From the NCBI GenBank assembly GCA_951406725.2, contig OX597832.1, positions 50,902,001 to 50,966,000 on the forward strand: DNA of 64,000 bases, written 5' to 3'. The stretch is from Octopus vulgaris (lineage: Eukaryota). This document shows positions 40,039 through 55,294 of the stretch, piece after piece. Position numbers and translations under genes: made by a program. Each line of letters starts with the position of its first letter. Positions within the stretch are counted from its first letter, which is position 1. The notes below the pieces were generated by a model. The model was not told the DNA's origin. It did no database searches and saw nothing but the letters and a program-made list of their open reading frames with translations.

Positions 40039-40703
40039 GATGATGATGTGGTGGTGATGATGATGATGAGGCGATGGAGGAGAGAGAAGATGCGTGAAGT
40101 TGTGCAAACGATGCATTGCCGTATGGAGTTGCATGCACGAGTTGCTTTACTCGAATACGTGACGCGAACACGAATAACTCCTGCGTGTGTGTATGCATGT
40201 GTTATGTGTATGTGTGTGTATGTGTATGTATGTGTATGTGTGTGTGTTTGTATGTATGTGTGTATGTGCATGCATGTGCGTGTGTGTGCGTGCGTGTGCA
40301 TGTGTGAGATACCGATTATATTTATGTATGTATGCATACATGTGCATATAGATACACAAAACCCCGTATCTGCGTGCATACATACATGCATGCATGTATG
40401 CACGTTTGCATGTACATGCATACACACACAGACACATGCACAAACACACTCGCAGACACATACAAACACACACACACATACACGTATATACGTATATAGA
40501 TAGATAGATATATTTCTTTACTACCCACAAGGGGCTAAACACAGAGGGGACAAACAAGGACAGACAAAGGGATTAAGTCGATTACATCAACCCCAGTGCG
40601 AAACTGGTACTTTATTTATCGACTCCGGAAGGATGAAAGGCAAAGTCGACCTCGACGGAATTTGAACTCGGAACGATAGATAGATAGATAGATAGATAGA
40701 TAT

Positions 40704-40759
<56 letters not shown>

Positions 40760-40784
40760 GATTGATATATATATATATATATAT

Positions 40785-40855
<71 letters not shown>

Positions 40856-41463
40856 TAAGGGGCGGGGTATGTGCAGTATTCAAAAGACGACCACATCTTG
40901 TTTCTGATATTAATAAGTATACTAACCATAAGTGTGTATATAAATGTGCCACTATTTACGTGACTATGCGCTTGCGTATATATTGTGTGTGTATTTACGT
41001 TATGCATGAATGTATGTCTATTAATAAACATCTGTGTGTGTATGTGCCTCTGTGTTTGTGTGTGTGTGTGTGCGCGAGAGGGTGTGCTCGCGCACGGGTG
41101 TTGTCTTTCAAACTATTCACGTAGATATATGTTTGTATGAATACTACATAATTATTATCCGCGTGTACTGCCACGTGTGAAAATATACGCGTGTGATACA
41201 GTAGCGAATTCTGTTCGAATACCATAACAAGATGCACTTCGCTTATTTCCATGCAACTTTCAATGCAGAATGCAATTAATTGTGCAGTACATATTATGTA
41301 ATTTTTGTTATTTTTTTTTTTACAATTTTTGCATTTAGAAATTTATCACATATGCTACCGTGTTCAATTATGATACCAAATATGTTAATGCTTTTATTAT
41401 ATAGAAATATTCCATGTATACATACGTATAATTAGTGCATATATATATATTATAAGTGTAATA

Positions 41464-41535
<72 letters not shown>

Positions 41536-41540
41536 CTATC

Positions 41541-41608
<68 letters not shown>

Positions 41609-41777
41609 ATATACGTATGCGTATATACATGTATGTATGTATGTGTTTGCATGTGTGTATATATGCATGTATACGTCTGTGTGTGTGTTTGTACATATAC
41701 GTGTATGTGAATGTGTGTGTGAATGCGTATGTATGTGTGTGCAAGTGCGTGTATGCATGTGTATGTGAATGTGTGTG

Positions 41778-41823
<46 letters not shown>

Positions 41824-42057
41824 TGTGTGTGTCTGTGTTTATACATGTAGGCTTTTGTTACTTTTTTGTCTGCTCCAGTGTGGCCAGTGCAATATGCCCA
41901 TCACACCAAGATATAAGCTCGGTATCATCTAGAACACCTATTAGCCATGGGTTTTCTCCGTCTGAGCCTGCCTGGGGTTAAACATGAAAAAACACCAATG
42001 TCTAGGACAGTGGAATAAAAATATGTATAAATAAACGATAATCTCTCACTCCACTAA

Positions 42058-42101
<44 letters not shown>

Positions 42102-42193
42102 TATGTGCGTGTGTGTGTGTGCGTACATGTATGTATGCAGATATATATATTTGTATGTTTATATATGTATAAATATCTATATGTATGTATGTG

Positions 42194-42356
<163 letters not shown>

Positions 42357-43015
42357 GTATATATGCATGTATGTATACATACTATATATATATGCATACT
42401 TACATACATATAAAGAAAGAAAGAAAGAAGGTAAAAGAAAGAAGGAAAGAAAAATAGATTTATGTGTATTAATATATTATTTCTGCATATAGCTTGCACT
42501 GCGGGACATTCCCATCATCAGCTGTTGACTAAAGATCATATCGATTTCGGCACCCTCCGACAGTATCCCTCCCTACCGCAGTACCAGGCAGTATTTTATT
42601 TATTTCTTTATTTCTTTCTTTCTTTCTTTCTTTCTTTATTTATTTATTTATTCATTTATTTATTTATTCATTTATTTTGCATTGATGCAATCCGGGAATG
42701 TCCAGGTTCTTTTTGGGCTACACATTATAACATACATTTTTTTTTTGTTTTGTGTTCCATGCAGTTATCCTTGCAGCCATCTCACCAAACTGGTTGCAGC
42801 AGCTGCAATCACCCAGACTATGCAGCGAATGTTTTTTTGTTTTTTTATTCTTCATAGTGAAATATTTTTTTTTTTTTTTTTTTTTTTTTTGCCTTTAGAT
42901 TCGTTGGTTCTCTCACATGCTTCTGCCATATATATCGCCTCGATAAAACGTTCTCTGCTTCCCTCTGTTGCTCGCCAATCACTTTAGTACTATCCATCCA
43001 TCCATCTATCCATCC

Positions 43016-43080
<65 letters not shown>

Positions 43081-43097
43081 CCTATCTGTCTGTCTAT

Positions 43098-43128
<31 letters not shown>

Positions 43129-43177
43129 CCTATCTGTCTGTCTATTTATCTATGTCTATCTATCCATCCATCCATCC

Positions 43178-43235
<58 letters not shown>

Positions 43236-43275
43236 TTATCTATCTATCTATCTAACTATCTATCTATCTACACAT

Positions 43276-43320
<45 letters not shown>

Positions 43321-43507
43321 TATATAAATATCCTTTCTTCATTAATCAAACGACAGCCAGGTAGGATATCGTGAATTTAACTAAACACACACTCACACAC
43401 ACTCATTCACTCGCATGCATATATACACGCGCACAAACATACACGCACGCTTACACAGATACATATACATACATTCAAATATATTTGCATACATACGTGT
43501 ATACAAT

Positions 43508-43549
<42 letters not shown>

Positions 43550-44033
43550 CACATGCACACACACACACACATGCATACACGAACAGCTGTGTGTGTATGT
43601 GTGTATGTGTGTGTGTTGCGTGTGAATGTTTACGTAAGCGTGCGTGTATGTATATATGCATATGCGCTTTGATGTATGTATGTATGTATGTGTGTATGTA
43701 TGTATATCGGCATGTTCGAATGCGCGTTTGTGTGTATATAATGATGTACATTTCTATGTATTTACACATGTAATTCAGTAAGCATGTACGTGTGTACATG
43801 TGCTCATCTAAGAATGCATGAATATACGCTTGTAATGAATATATGCTTGTATAAACTTATGCAGACATGTGTGTATACACGCATGCATGGATATATGTAT
43901 ATGTGTGTGTTTGCATACACCTCCACACCCATAGAAAGAGAGAGACAGAGAGACAGAGAAAGTGCTGACGGTACATGGAAATAATATACACAGTATATAT
44001 ATATATGTATATATATATACATATATATATATA

Positions 44034-44071
<38 letters not shown>

Positions 44072-45689
44072 TGCATATATACACGCGCACACACATACAC
44101 GCACGCTTACGCAGATACATATACATACATTCGAATATGTTTGCATACATACGTGTATACAATAAAAGATACATGCTACCGATATAAATACATAAATGTG
44201 TATACGCATCAAAGGGTACATACATACATACATACATACATACATACATACATACATACATACATACATACATGCACACGTGCGTTGCGTTAAAATTTAT
44301 ATATGCTTATATGCATAATGACATGTGTACATACTATCAGATGTACATACGCATACGCACATACACATACATACATACATGCATACATACATACGTACGT
44401 ACGCATACATATACTCATACGTACATACATACATATATACATATATACATAAGCACATACATACGAATATAGCTATATACATGCATGCACATACATACAT
44501 GCACACACACATATACATACTTGCGTACATATAATCGTACATAGAGACATACTTGTGTACGCATGATCATACATACATTTACATATATGCATTCATGCAT
44601 GCATACATAGACATATGTATACACATATAGATGCATGCACACACACACACAAATACACACATGTGCACATACATAGATACACACACATATATACACACAG
44701 ACATACATGCATGCACACATACAAACCCACATGCATACATACACACATACATATATATATATACATACATGCATACATACATACCTACCTACCTACATAC
44801 ATAGAGACATACATACATACATCTAAACATGCTTGCATTCACACATAACCTGCATACCTACATACAAACACATACATTCATATATACATACATACAGAAA
44901 TACATACATACCTTCATACATACATACATACATACATACATACATACATACATACATACATACATACATACATACATACATACATACATGCATACATACA
45001 TAACATAACATATATACACACACGAGCATGCGCACACACATAACATACATGCATACATAGATACACAAACGCACATTCATATATACATTCATAAATACAT
45101 ACATGTATCTATAAATACATACATACATGCACGCACATAACATACATACATACATACACACATGCATACATACACACACATACATACATACATACATACA
45201 TACATACATACATACATACATACATACATACATACACACACATACATACATACATACATACATACATACATACATACATACACATGCATACATACATACA
45301 TACATACATACACACACACATACATACATACATACATACATACATACATACATACATACATACATACACACATACATACATACATACATACATACACACA
45401 CATACATACATACATACATACACACATACATACATACATACATACATACATACATACATACATACATACATACACACACACATACATACATACATACATA
45501 CATACATACATACATACATACATACATACATACATACATACATACATACATACATACATACATTGCAGAAACTGATGCTCGGCAAACTGAATTGAGGATT
45601 TGACCAGTTGCGAGTTTCTTTCCTATAATCTGCATCTTTACGCTTATAGCGTTTGCGAATGGGAAGTGGCGTCTTTCATGCCTTTCCAG

Positions 45690-45755
45690 CATTTCCACGA
45701 GAATTATTGACGTAAAGCCCTACTCGTGGAGAGGCCAATCGAAGTCACGTGGACT
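45690..45755. promoter_or_regulatory. Candidate cis-regulatory cluster
   Basis: CACGAG 45696, TGACGTAA 45708, CTCGTG 45723, CCAAT 45735, GTCACGTG 45744. Confidence 0.4.
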
Positions 45756-45820
45756 CAACTAATCAGATAATTGCTTTGCTTACCTACGTCGCCTTTCACA
45801 TTTAATGTGTGTGTGTCTTT

Positions 45821-45878
<58 letters not shown>

Positions 45879-45895
45879 ATGTGTGTGGACGTGCA

Positions 45896-46800
45896 TGCGT
45901 GTATTCTGCCTTCCGTTTTTCCACTCTTTCTTTTAATCTGTCACCGGTTTCAGTCATATGACAGCGCACATGCTGCCCCCTCGTTATCGAGTATGGACTT
46001 TGCACGAAGCTTAATCAATGTTGTTATCGTGCAATGCCTGTGCAAGAAGATTTTTGTTTAAAGTGAGGAAAGGCTGTGCACTGAGTCAATCCCACTCACT
46101 AAGCAACAGCAGCCATAATCCGAAAAGAAGAACAAGTCAACATCATCGGTAACCACTGAGCCGCAGGTTTTATGTCGAGTTATCCCAGTTACCTGAGTTA
46201 CCTCTCCTAGAAGGATGCCCTAACAGCTAGGAGTCCTTCACTCCCAATGGTTTAACCGCGCGATCGGGTATTCAGTCCGATCATTTCGTCCCCGCTATAC
46301 AACCTAAGACATTTATTATGGGTTGACTGCAGAGTTCCCACTCTTTCTTTTAATCTGTCACCGGTTTCAGTCATATGACAGCGCACATGCTGCCCCCTCG
46401 TTATCGAGTATGGACTTTGCACGAAGCTTAATCAATGTTGTTATCGTGCAATGCCTGTGCAAGAAGATGTTTGTTTAAAGTGAGGAAAGGCTGTGCACTG
46501 AGTCAATCCCACTCACTAAGCAACAGCAGCCATAATCCGAAAAGAAGAACAAGTCAACATCATCGGTAACCACTGAGCCGCAGGTTTTATGTCAGAGTTA
46601 TCCCAGTTACCTGAGTTACCTTCTCCTAGAAGGATGCCCTAACAAAGGCTAGGAGTCCTTCACTCCCAATGGTTTAACCGCGCGATCGGGTATTCAGTCC
46701 GATTATTTCTATGCGTGTCTGCGTGTATTCTGCCTTAAGTTTTCCCACTCTTTCTTTTAATCTGTCACCGGTTTCAGTCATATGACTGCGCCCATGCTGG
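45896..46800 (-). mobile_element. Tandem ~410-420-bp duplication of RTE 5'UTR-like sequence joined to a SINE/RTE-type tail
   Basis: Units begin at 45921, 46338 and (partial) 46744; - strand gggcatccttctaggagaaggtaactc..aaacctgcggc resembles the conserved RTE 5'UTR motif. Confidence 0.6.
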
Positions 46801-47424
46801 GCTACTACCTTCAGCAAGTTAATCGATCCTACTGACTCCAGTTAAGCCTGATACTTATTACATCAATTTTTCCTTGTCGAACCGCTAGGTTATGGGAGAT
46901 AAACGCAAGCATGCATATATACATACATAAACACACACATAATACATTCATGCATGCATGCATACACACATACATACATACATACATACATAAATACATA
47001 CATGCATACATACATACATACAAACATACATACATACATACATACATACATACATGCATGCATAGATACATACATAAACACACACATAATACATACATGC
47101 ATGCATGCATACATACATACACACACACATACATACATACATACATACACACATACACACATACATACATACAAACATACATACATACAAACATACATAC
47201 ATACATACATACATACATACATACATGCATGCATAGATACATACATAAACACACACATAATACATACATACATACATGCATGCATAGATACATACATACA
47301 TACAAACATACATACATACAAACATACATACATACATACATACATACATACATACATACATACAAACATACATACATACATACATACATACATACATACA
47401 TGCATGCATACATGCATGCATACA

Positions 47425-47488
<64 letters not shown>

Positions 47489-47562
47489 TACATACATACA
47501 TACATACATACATACATACATACATACATACATACATACATACATACATACATACATAACAA

Positions 47563-47712
47563 TGTCTAGAACAATAAAACTCTGCAAGACCATCTTAAGA
47601 TTCAAAGGATGATGAACAAAACAAGATGTTTTCCTTCACAACCTTCTTATCAAGCCAGAGGCTGGGCTCAATAAACTCTGAAATAAAAAGAGAAAAACTA
47701 CAAAACTAAATG
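47563..47712 (+). pseudogene. R4/Dong-like LINE extreme 3' end in (CATA)n
   Basis: SRTIKLCKTILRFKG* resembles the R4/Dong-type ORF terminus; flanked by (CATA)n. Confidence 0.45.
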
Positions 47713-47963
47713 TACATAAATACACATATACATACAGCTACATACATACATACATACATACATACATACATACATACATACATACATACATACATACATA
47801 CATACATACATACATACATACATACATACATACATACATACATACGTACGTACATATGTGCCTACATACATATAGCTATATATATATATATATATATATA
47901 AATTTGTTTTTGTAATGAGATAAAAAACCAAGGTTGTGTAGATTTTAGAATATTTATAAATAG

Positions 47964-48011
47964 GTCTTACAGCTGTTTCGAGGATATTTGTTATATCTCT
48001 TCATCAGAGAC
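47964..48011 (-). ncRNA. Minimal type-I hammerhead ribozyme motif (best preserved)
   Basis: gtct CTGATGA a gag-atat-aacaa-atat-c-ctc GAAAC agct GTA agac: intact core, palindromic loop 3, predicted cut between 47968 and 47967. Confidence 0.85.
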
Positions 48012-49151
48012 GGTGTGAGAGGATGGTTAAGTTATAGTTAATTTAGATAAGATACAAAATAGAGAGTGAGGTGGAGGAAAGAAAATAGATGTGAGATGTG
48101 TATCTATGCATATGTACATAAATAAATAAATACGTGCATTCATGCATACATCCATGCGTGTATGCCTACAAACATACATATATCTACTTGCATACATGCA
48201 CACATACATACATGCATACAAGCATACACAAGAGCGTGTGTACATACATGCATATATGCGCCCATACATGCATACGTACACGCATACATACAAATATAAA
48301 TACATACAAACATACAATCATACACATATAAATACATACAAACACATATATATGCATGCATATAAACGAACATTTATGCATGCATACATAGGTACGTACG
48401 TACGCACATACATACATACATACATATATACATACATACATACATACATACGTACATACATACATACATACATACATACATACATGCATGCATGCATACA
48501 TACATACATACATACATACATACATACATACATACATACATACATACATACATAAATACATACATACATACCATAGTCATTCGTGTTCTTTTCAAAGAAG
48601 GTCTTTGCTGGAGCATCCAGATTTCACGGCTCCTCCACATCATGCTATCTCATTCAAATTTATTAGGTTACATTAAACGATGTTTGTTGATGGGACCAGC
48701 AGCTAATTTTCTCTGCCTTCTACAGCTACTTTATCCAGATTACAACTTGTAATTATTGGGGCACTGAGATATGTATCACACTGCTTAAATACCAATCTTG
48801 AGGAACCACTATCTTATTGCTGCACGCCATGAATAGATATTTTTTTTACCTTCCTTCTCCTTCTCCAGTAGTCTAAGAGATCTTGCAAAGGTTATGGAAG
48901 TTGATCTCTGAGTAATCCATAAAAGAAAGAAACTAACTGTCAAACCTCAGCTTGAATTCCTGAAAGTTAACATTGTTAACAATCTTATCTGGGTAAAAAT
49001 CTGTTACTACTATCCCTGCAATACAAATGCTTTGAATGTTGCATAAAGAACATTCAAGATCTGATACAAAGCCCAAGTCCATAGCTTGACTACATGCTCA
49101 GCCAACTGAAGATCATTGTACTTTGATAAAAATTGAAGCAGTTTAAATATT

Positions 49152-49538
49152 ACTGGAAGCACTCCGTCGGTTACGACGATGAGGGTTCCGGTTGATCCGA
49201 ATAAATGGAACAGCCTGCTCGTGAAATTAACGTGTAAGTGGCTGAACACTCCACAGACACGTGTACCCTTAACGTAGTTCTCGGGGATATTCAGCGTGAC
49301 ACAGAGAGTGACAAGGCCGGCCCCTTGAAATACAGGTACAACAGAAACAGGAAGTAAGAGCGAGAGAAAGTTGTGGTGAAAGAGTACAGCAGGGATCACC
49401 ACCATCCCCTGCCGGAGCCTCGTGGAGCTTTAGGTGTTTTCGCTCAATAAACACTCACAACACCCGGTCTGGGAATCGAAACTGCGATCCTATGACCGCG
49501 AGTCCGCTGCCCTAACCACTGGGCCATTGCGCCTCCAC
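49152..49538 (-). mobile_element. Group 3 SINE, full length
   Basis: tRNA head with A/B boxes through to the tail; related copies at 12580, 28555, 54194 (+) and 62888-63190 (-). Confidence 0.85.
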
Positions 49539-50599
49539 AGCTTAAATATTACACTATTGGAGAGAGGTTGCGATGAATACAATACATTACAAAATGAAAG
49601 TCGTGGTTCACAGTACGAAAGGAATCGCGTTGAAGCACTAATATTTCAGGGCTTACAATGCTACAGAAACCACCTATCAGAACAGGGTAACGCTAAGACT
49701 TACTCAATGCCAACTGTTGCAATTGGGAACAGCACCACAAAAAACTTTCGTTGAAGATATCGCCGAAAACGAAATCTAGACATTTAAGGGCCGCTTATAT
49801 TGGTTTCAAATTTTGTCACAAGGCCAGCAATTTCGGGGAGAGGGTAAGTCGTTTACATTGATCCCAGTGCTCAACTGGCACTTGTTTTATCGACCCAGAA
49901 CGGATAAAAAGTAAAATCGACCTTGGCGGAATTCGAACTCTGAACGTAAAGACGGACGAAATGCCGCTAAGCATTTTGCCCAGCGTGCTAACTATTCTAC
50001 AAGCTTGCCGTCTTATGGAATCGCTTATAATGACACTAGAATTCTCTTCTGAACTCTTGTGATGCCTAGATTAAGTAAATGAACCAATCTACGTTTCGTC
50101 GAAGCTTTGGTGCCCCAGCATGGCCGCGGCCTTCGGGCTAAAACATTTTTAAGGATTTATGTAGCACATGTCCTAATACAAAAACAACATCGATAGTAAT
50201 ACAGATGACATAATAAAATTACAGCTAAACATCACACCAGCACATCCACATATATACCTATCTACATGTTTGTATGTAAGCGTATGTGTGTTTGCACGTT
50301 CTATTCGCTGAGGCATTCGGGACATCATACTAAAAACCTTCATCTCTTGTATATATGGACAGAGTCGATATAGCGGAATGCCTCTTTCTCCAAGCTATAC
50401 CTCGAGGATGTGATTCACTACTGAAAGCCATTCATTTAACAGTGTTGTTACGGCAGCTTACAGCAATGGGGTGAACTGGTAGTGCATATTTATAACTTGG
50501 TGCACTTAATTACTTGAGTTGTTACTGTGTAACAGTGTATAGACCCATGTTTAAAAGCGTCCTAAATCATAACCATCTCTTTTTTCTCTGCTTACATAC

Positions 50600-51047
50600 A
50601 TATAATGCACGCGCATCATCCTGTGAAGCATCTAGACACATCATCAGTGATGTGTTCCTGGAGTCATCAGGAGTTTCGGGTCTTTCAACATCAGACATCC
50701 TCACCCAGGCAACCCAACGAAGGGCTGATCAAGACCCAACTTTGTCCAGTTAGCACTACACCTGGTAGCACTGCTCCATATAGGGCTCGCACTTCCTGAG
50801 CCACAGCCACCTTGAGGCACCTTCTGCTGACTCCACAGCCAACTTGATGCCTTCCGCTTACTGGCCCTCGTTATGTCCAGGATGTTGTAAGCTTTCCAGA
50901 GAGGTTGGTCTTCAAAATCTCAGCATTCCACCGCGTGAGGAACACACCTTGGTTGCCTACTATTGCATTAGCATAGTTCCACCAGCTCTGTATGTTCCCT
51001 TCTTTCATTACCATTTGATTCCGAAATGGAGTGTTCTGACAGAGCCA
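50600..51047 (-). pseudogene. HERO-clade (restriction-like endonuclease) non-LTR retrotransposon 3' fragment
   Basis: ER..HTELVELC*..RCVP..VEC*DF..QPLWKAYNILDITRASKRKA/IKLAVESAE/..RWLWLRK, followed by a HERO-like 3'UTR (gcctgggtgagg.tgtctgatgttgaaagacccgaaac..tgatga..catcactgatgatgtgtc). Confidence 0.75.
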
Positions 51048-51257
51048 TACATACATACATACATACATACATACATACATACATACATACATACATACAT
51101 ACATACATACATACATGTGTGCATGTATGTATGTCATTATTCAGTTTTATTTCAAGATTCCTTGCCAATAGAGAATGATCTGGTTTCTAGCCTAGATCCA
51201 AGGTTCCTTCATTAGAATATCAACATCAATAAGGTATTTTTGCATGTATGTATATGT

Positions 51258-51442
51258 GCAGATTTGTATGATAAACTATTGAGAAATCTACAGTTACTCT
51301 ATCCAGATTACAAGTTCAGGTATATACTTGTAATTATTGGGGCACTGAGATATGTATCACACTGCTTAAATACCAATCTTGAGAAATTAGGCTGCTCAAA
51401 AATAAAAAGGAGTGAGCTGATTCGAAGACTACAGATCCAAGA
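51258..51442 (+). pseudogene. R4/Dong-like LINE endonuclease C-terminal fragment
   Basis: LYDKLLRNLQLLYPDYKFRYILVIIGALRYVSHCLNTNLEKLG contains the RLE 'IIGALG'-type motif; second copy at ~48718-48803. Confidence 0.7.
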
Positions 51443-52347
51443 GGGCATAGTTGAGAAACCCTACAATTGCAAGTTTTCCTACATGCTCCGTGGTTGGAGT
51501 TTACTGCTAGTTGGTTCATTGTGAAAAGTATTTGTAGAAATTTTCAGTTAAAAATACCCATTATTCCGAAGGTTATAAGAAAACAAAACCGACTCGTGTG
51601 AATTTTCTGTAACTCCTCACCCCACTTCATTGAAAAATATTCTTCACAACAAATACCGATATAATCTGAATCTACACAATCTGATATATATTTGTAGAAA
51701 ATTTCATTTAAAAAATCCATTTTTCTGGAAGTTATGAGGGAACAAAGTCGGTGGTGCACATTTGTATGTATGCCCATTGCTTTAGCATAAGTAATACTAA
51801 GGTTACATTGCTATTATATATTTACATATCAGCTTGCTTAATTTGATTTTCATTTTGTATGTAACAATATGTAATTATATAACTGCATGTTATATATAAA
51901 CAAAGAATATACTTCTTCCTTTCGGTTCGCATCAAAAGGGCGACAACAATGTTGAATGAGAGGGACTGAATTTTTCACTACACAAACGTAAATAGGATAA
52001 CGGTGTATGTGTATATATGTGTGTGTATGTGTTTGTGTGTGTGTATGTGCGTGTGTCTATAAGTGTGTGTCTATGTACACACACACACAAATTTATTGGC
52101 AGTATTTAGGTTGTAATTTTTCATTGCTTTATAAATGCCCGTTCTTTTAACATAATTGCATTTCATTTAATTGCTCTAACGCATTGATGTTCCAGCTTCA
52201 CTCATGTTGCATGCTTTGCTAGCGTTCTTCCCACGTGCATGCCATATGTATATATACACCTATACACTTTAAGACCATGCGATACAATTATATCAAACCA
52301 ATGTAAAGCATGCTATCTTAAAGATAACGTGACCGCGCCAGTATATA

Positions 52348-52410
<63 letters not shown>

Positions 52411-52471
52411 GTATATATATGTATATATATATATACGTATATATATGTATGTCTATATATATATATGTATG

Positions 52472-52517
<46 letters not shown>

Positions 52518-52737
52518 CATATATATATATATATATTATAAAATGAGATAGGGGTTGAAAATTCAACCCACCATGGGATAATATATATCCAATATACTGC
52601 TAGATAAATATACTCTTACTGTATATTTTGTATAATGCCTTTGCTGATATGTAATGGTGTATTAAAGTATTGTTTGGGTATCATCTGATAGTTGATGTTT
52701 TATTGATTTAAGTATGTTTCTCCATTCTCTAATTTTG

Positions 52738-52805
<68 letters not shown>

Positions 52806-52837
52806 GGAGTTAAACGCAGGCTTATTCAAATTCTTTT

Positions 52838-52926
52838 ACTTCCGATACATGTTTCGAAGATATCACTGGTATTATTCCAAAGGAATAAAATGGTGTAAAA
52901 CAATGTAATCTTCTCTTCAGGGAAGT
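52838..52926 (-). ncRNA. Type-I hammerhead motif with long stem II
   Basis: acttcc CTGAAGA gaagat...ttattcc-ttt-ggaataa...atcttc GAAAC atgt ATC ggaagt; one mismatch in stem III. Confidence 0.7.
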
Positions 52927-53268
52927 GAAGAAATGAAACTCATCAATAAGACATTTTAACAGAAAATTTTAGATATGAATAGTGGTTAACTGAACGCTAT
53001 TAATATTGTTTAAAAAAAAAGTTATAGGATATAACGTCAGAAGTAGCCTATAGAAAGAGGAGGGATAAATTAAAGAAAAACTTAATAAATGATAAGTATA
53101 TGACTATATGTACATTAAATAAAACTATATAGACTAGGAAAATATATATATTTAGTAAATACGAAATGTAAGAAGAAAATTAATGTTTAAATTATATATA
53201 ATGATAGAAATCACTTATATGAACTAAAGGTGTGTTTCTGCCAATGTTAACAACGGGAAAATACACAC

Positions 53269-53358
<90 letters not shown>

Positions 53359-53465
53359 CAAATAAGAAAATGGAGAAACAAACTTAGCTTGTTCATCAAC
53401 TTACGGATGTTATGATGTTGGATTATTTATTCGCATTTCGCCTAGCATGCTAACTATTCTGCCAG

Positions 53466-53536
<71 letters not shown>

Positions 53537-55261
53537 TGATGATGAGGATGATGATGATGATAGTAAATACCTTGATGCAATACCTTGGCTTAACTCATTG
53601 TAAGTGTTAACATGTACATGTTTTGTCTTGGTATAAAAGATGGGCTACAACAAATATTCTGCTCAATACCACAGATTTGCTTGTCAGTTGTTTGACCTAA
53701 CCAGTTGACCATTTCCCTTAGTGACTGACGATATGTGCATCTCTGATCACGAGCAGAAGCAGTGGGGGAGCATCATAGCCGTGTGTTGAAAGGAATTCTT
53801 GGAAGTTTGAAAAATTCACCCTTGGAAACATGAATGTTCCTTTCATCATCCTTATTCAGGGACCTTTTGAGCAAGATGGGCTACTGGACCTGAAGTGAAT
53901 TCTGAGCCCCACCTGCAAGGTCATGCGATGTTTCTCTTGATATGAAGCCACTATGTTGGGCACAAATGGTTGTGATGATGCTTGTGCCTGGTGTACTCTT
54001 GTCAGACGGGTAGCCATGACGGGTATATTGGTTTTCATATATTTCTACTCCAGCGGCGTATTGATGTTGTGTACTGCTCTCTTACTCAGTAATGATAATG
54101 GTGATGATGATGGTGATGATGGTGGTGGTTGTGTGTGGTGTGTATGTGTGTGTGTGTGTGTGTGTGTGGTATTACGTGTGAATATGAAACTGTGTGGAGG
54201 CGCATGGCTTAGTGGTTAGGGTGTCAGTATCATGATCGTAAGAATGTGGTTTCGATTCCTGGACCGGGCGACACGTTATGTTTGCTCAAGCAAAACTTCT
54301 TCATTTCACGTTGCTCCAGTCCACTCAATTGGCAAAAATGAGTCACGCTGCGATGGACTGGCGTCCCGTCCAGCTGGGGAACACATACGCCATTGAAACC
54401 GGGAAACCGGGCCCATGGGCCTGGCTAGGCTTTAAAAGGGCGCATTTATTTATTATTATGTAATTGTGTATGTGTACATGCGTGCATTGTGTGAATGTAT
54501 GTCTGTATATGTGTATACTCGTGTATGCAAGTTTGTATCTATACCTGTATGTATGTGTGACTATGTGTCCGTATATGCGTGTGTATATTTAATTGTATAC
54601 ATGTGACTGTGCATGTATAGATGTTTGCGCACGCACTTTTCAGTGATGTGTGTATGTATGTATGCATGTATGTATGTATGTATGTATGTATGTATGTATG
54701 TATGTATGTATGTATGTATGTATGTATGCATGTATGTATGTATGTATGTATGTATATATGTATGTATGTATATATGTATGTAGGTATGTATGCATGCATG
54801 TATGTATGTATATATGTATGTATGTATGTATGCATGTATGTATGCATGCATGTATGTATGTATGTATGTATGCATGCATGTATGTGTGTATATATGTATG
54901 TATATATGTATGTATGTATGTATGTATGCATGTATGTATGTATGTATGTATGTATGTATGTATGTATGTATATATGTATGTATGTATGTATGTATGCATG
55001 TATGTATGTAGGTATGTATGCATGCATGTATGTGTGTATATATGTATGTATATATGTATGTATGCATGTATGTATGCATGTATGTATGTATGTATGTATG
55101 TAGGTATGTATGTATGTATGTATATATGTATGTATATATGTATGTATGCATATATGTATGCATACATGTATGTATGTATGAATGTATGTATGCATGCATG
55201 CATGCATGTATGTATGTATGTATGTATGTATGTATGTATGTATGTATGTATGTATGCATGC

Positions 55262-55294
<33 letters not shown>

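Noticed and set aside
42510-42552. Type-II hammerhead arrangement on the - strand
   Set aside because: Stems I and II cannot form credibly.
48571-48718. HDV-like ribozyme (ctcctc and a hairpin followed by gctaa)
   Set aside because: I could not assemble P1/P2/P3/P1.1 in the required order by eye; it needs a descriptor search.
50084-50105. - strand GAAACGTA half hammerhead
   Set aside because: No CUGANGA partner; a SINE tail lies immediately next to it.
50640-50700. CTGATGA and GAAA boxes in the HERO-like 3'UTR
   Set aside because: Order and spacing are incompatible with a hammerhead fold.
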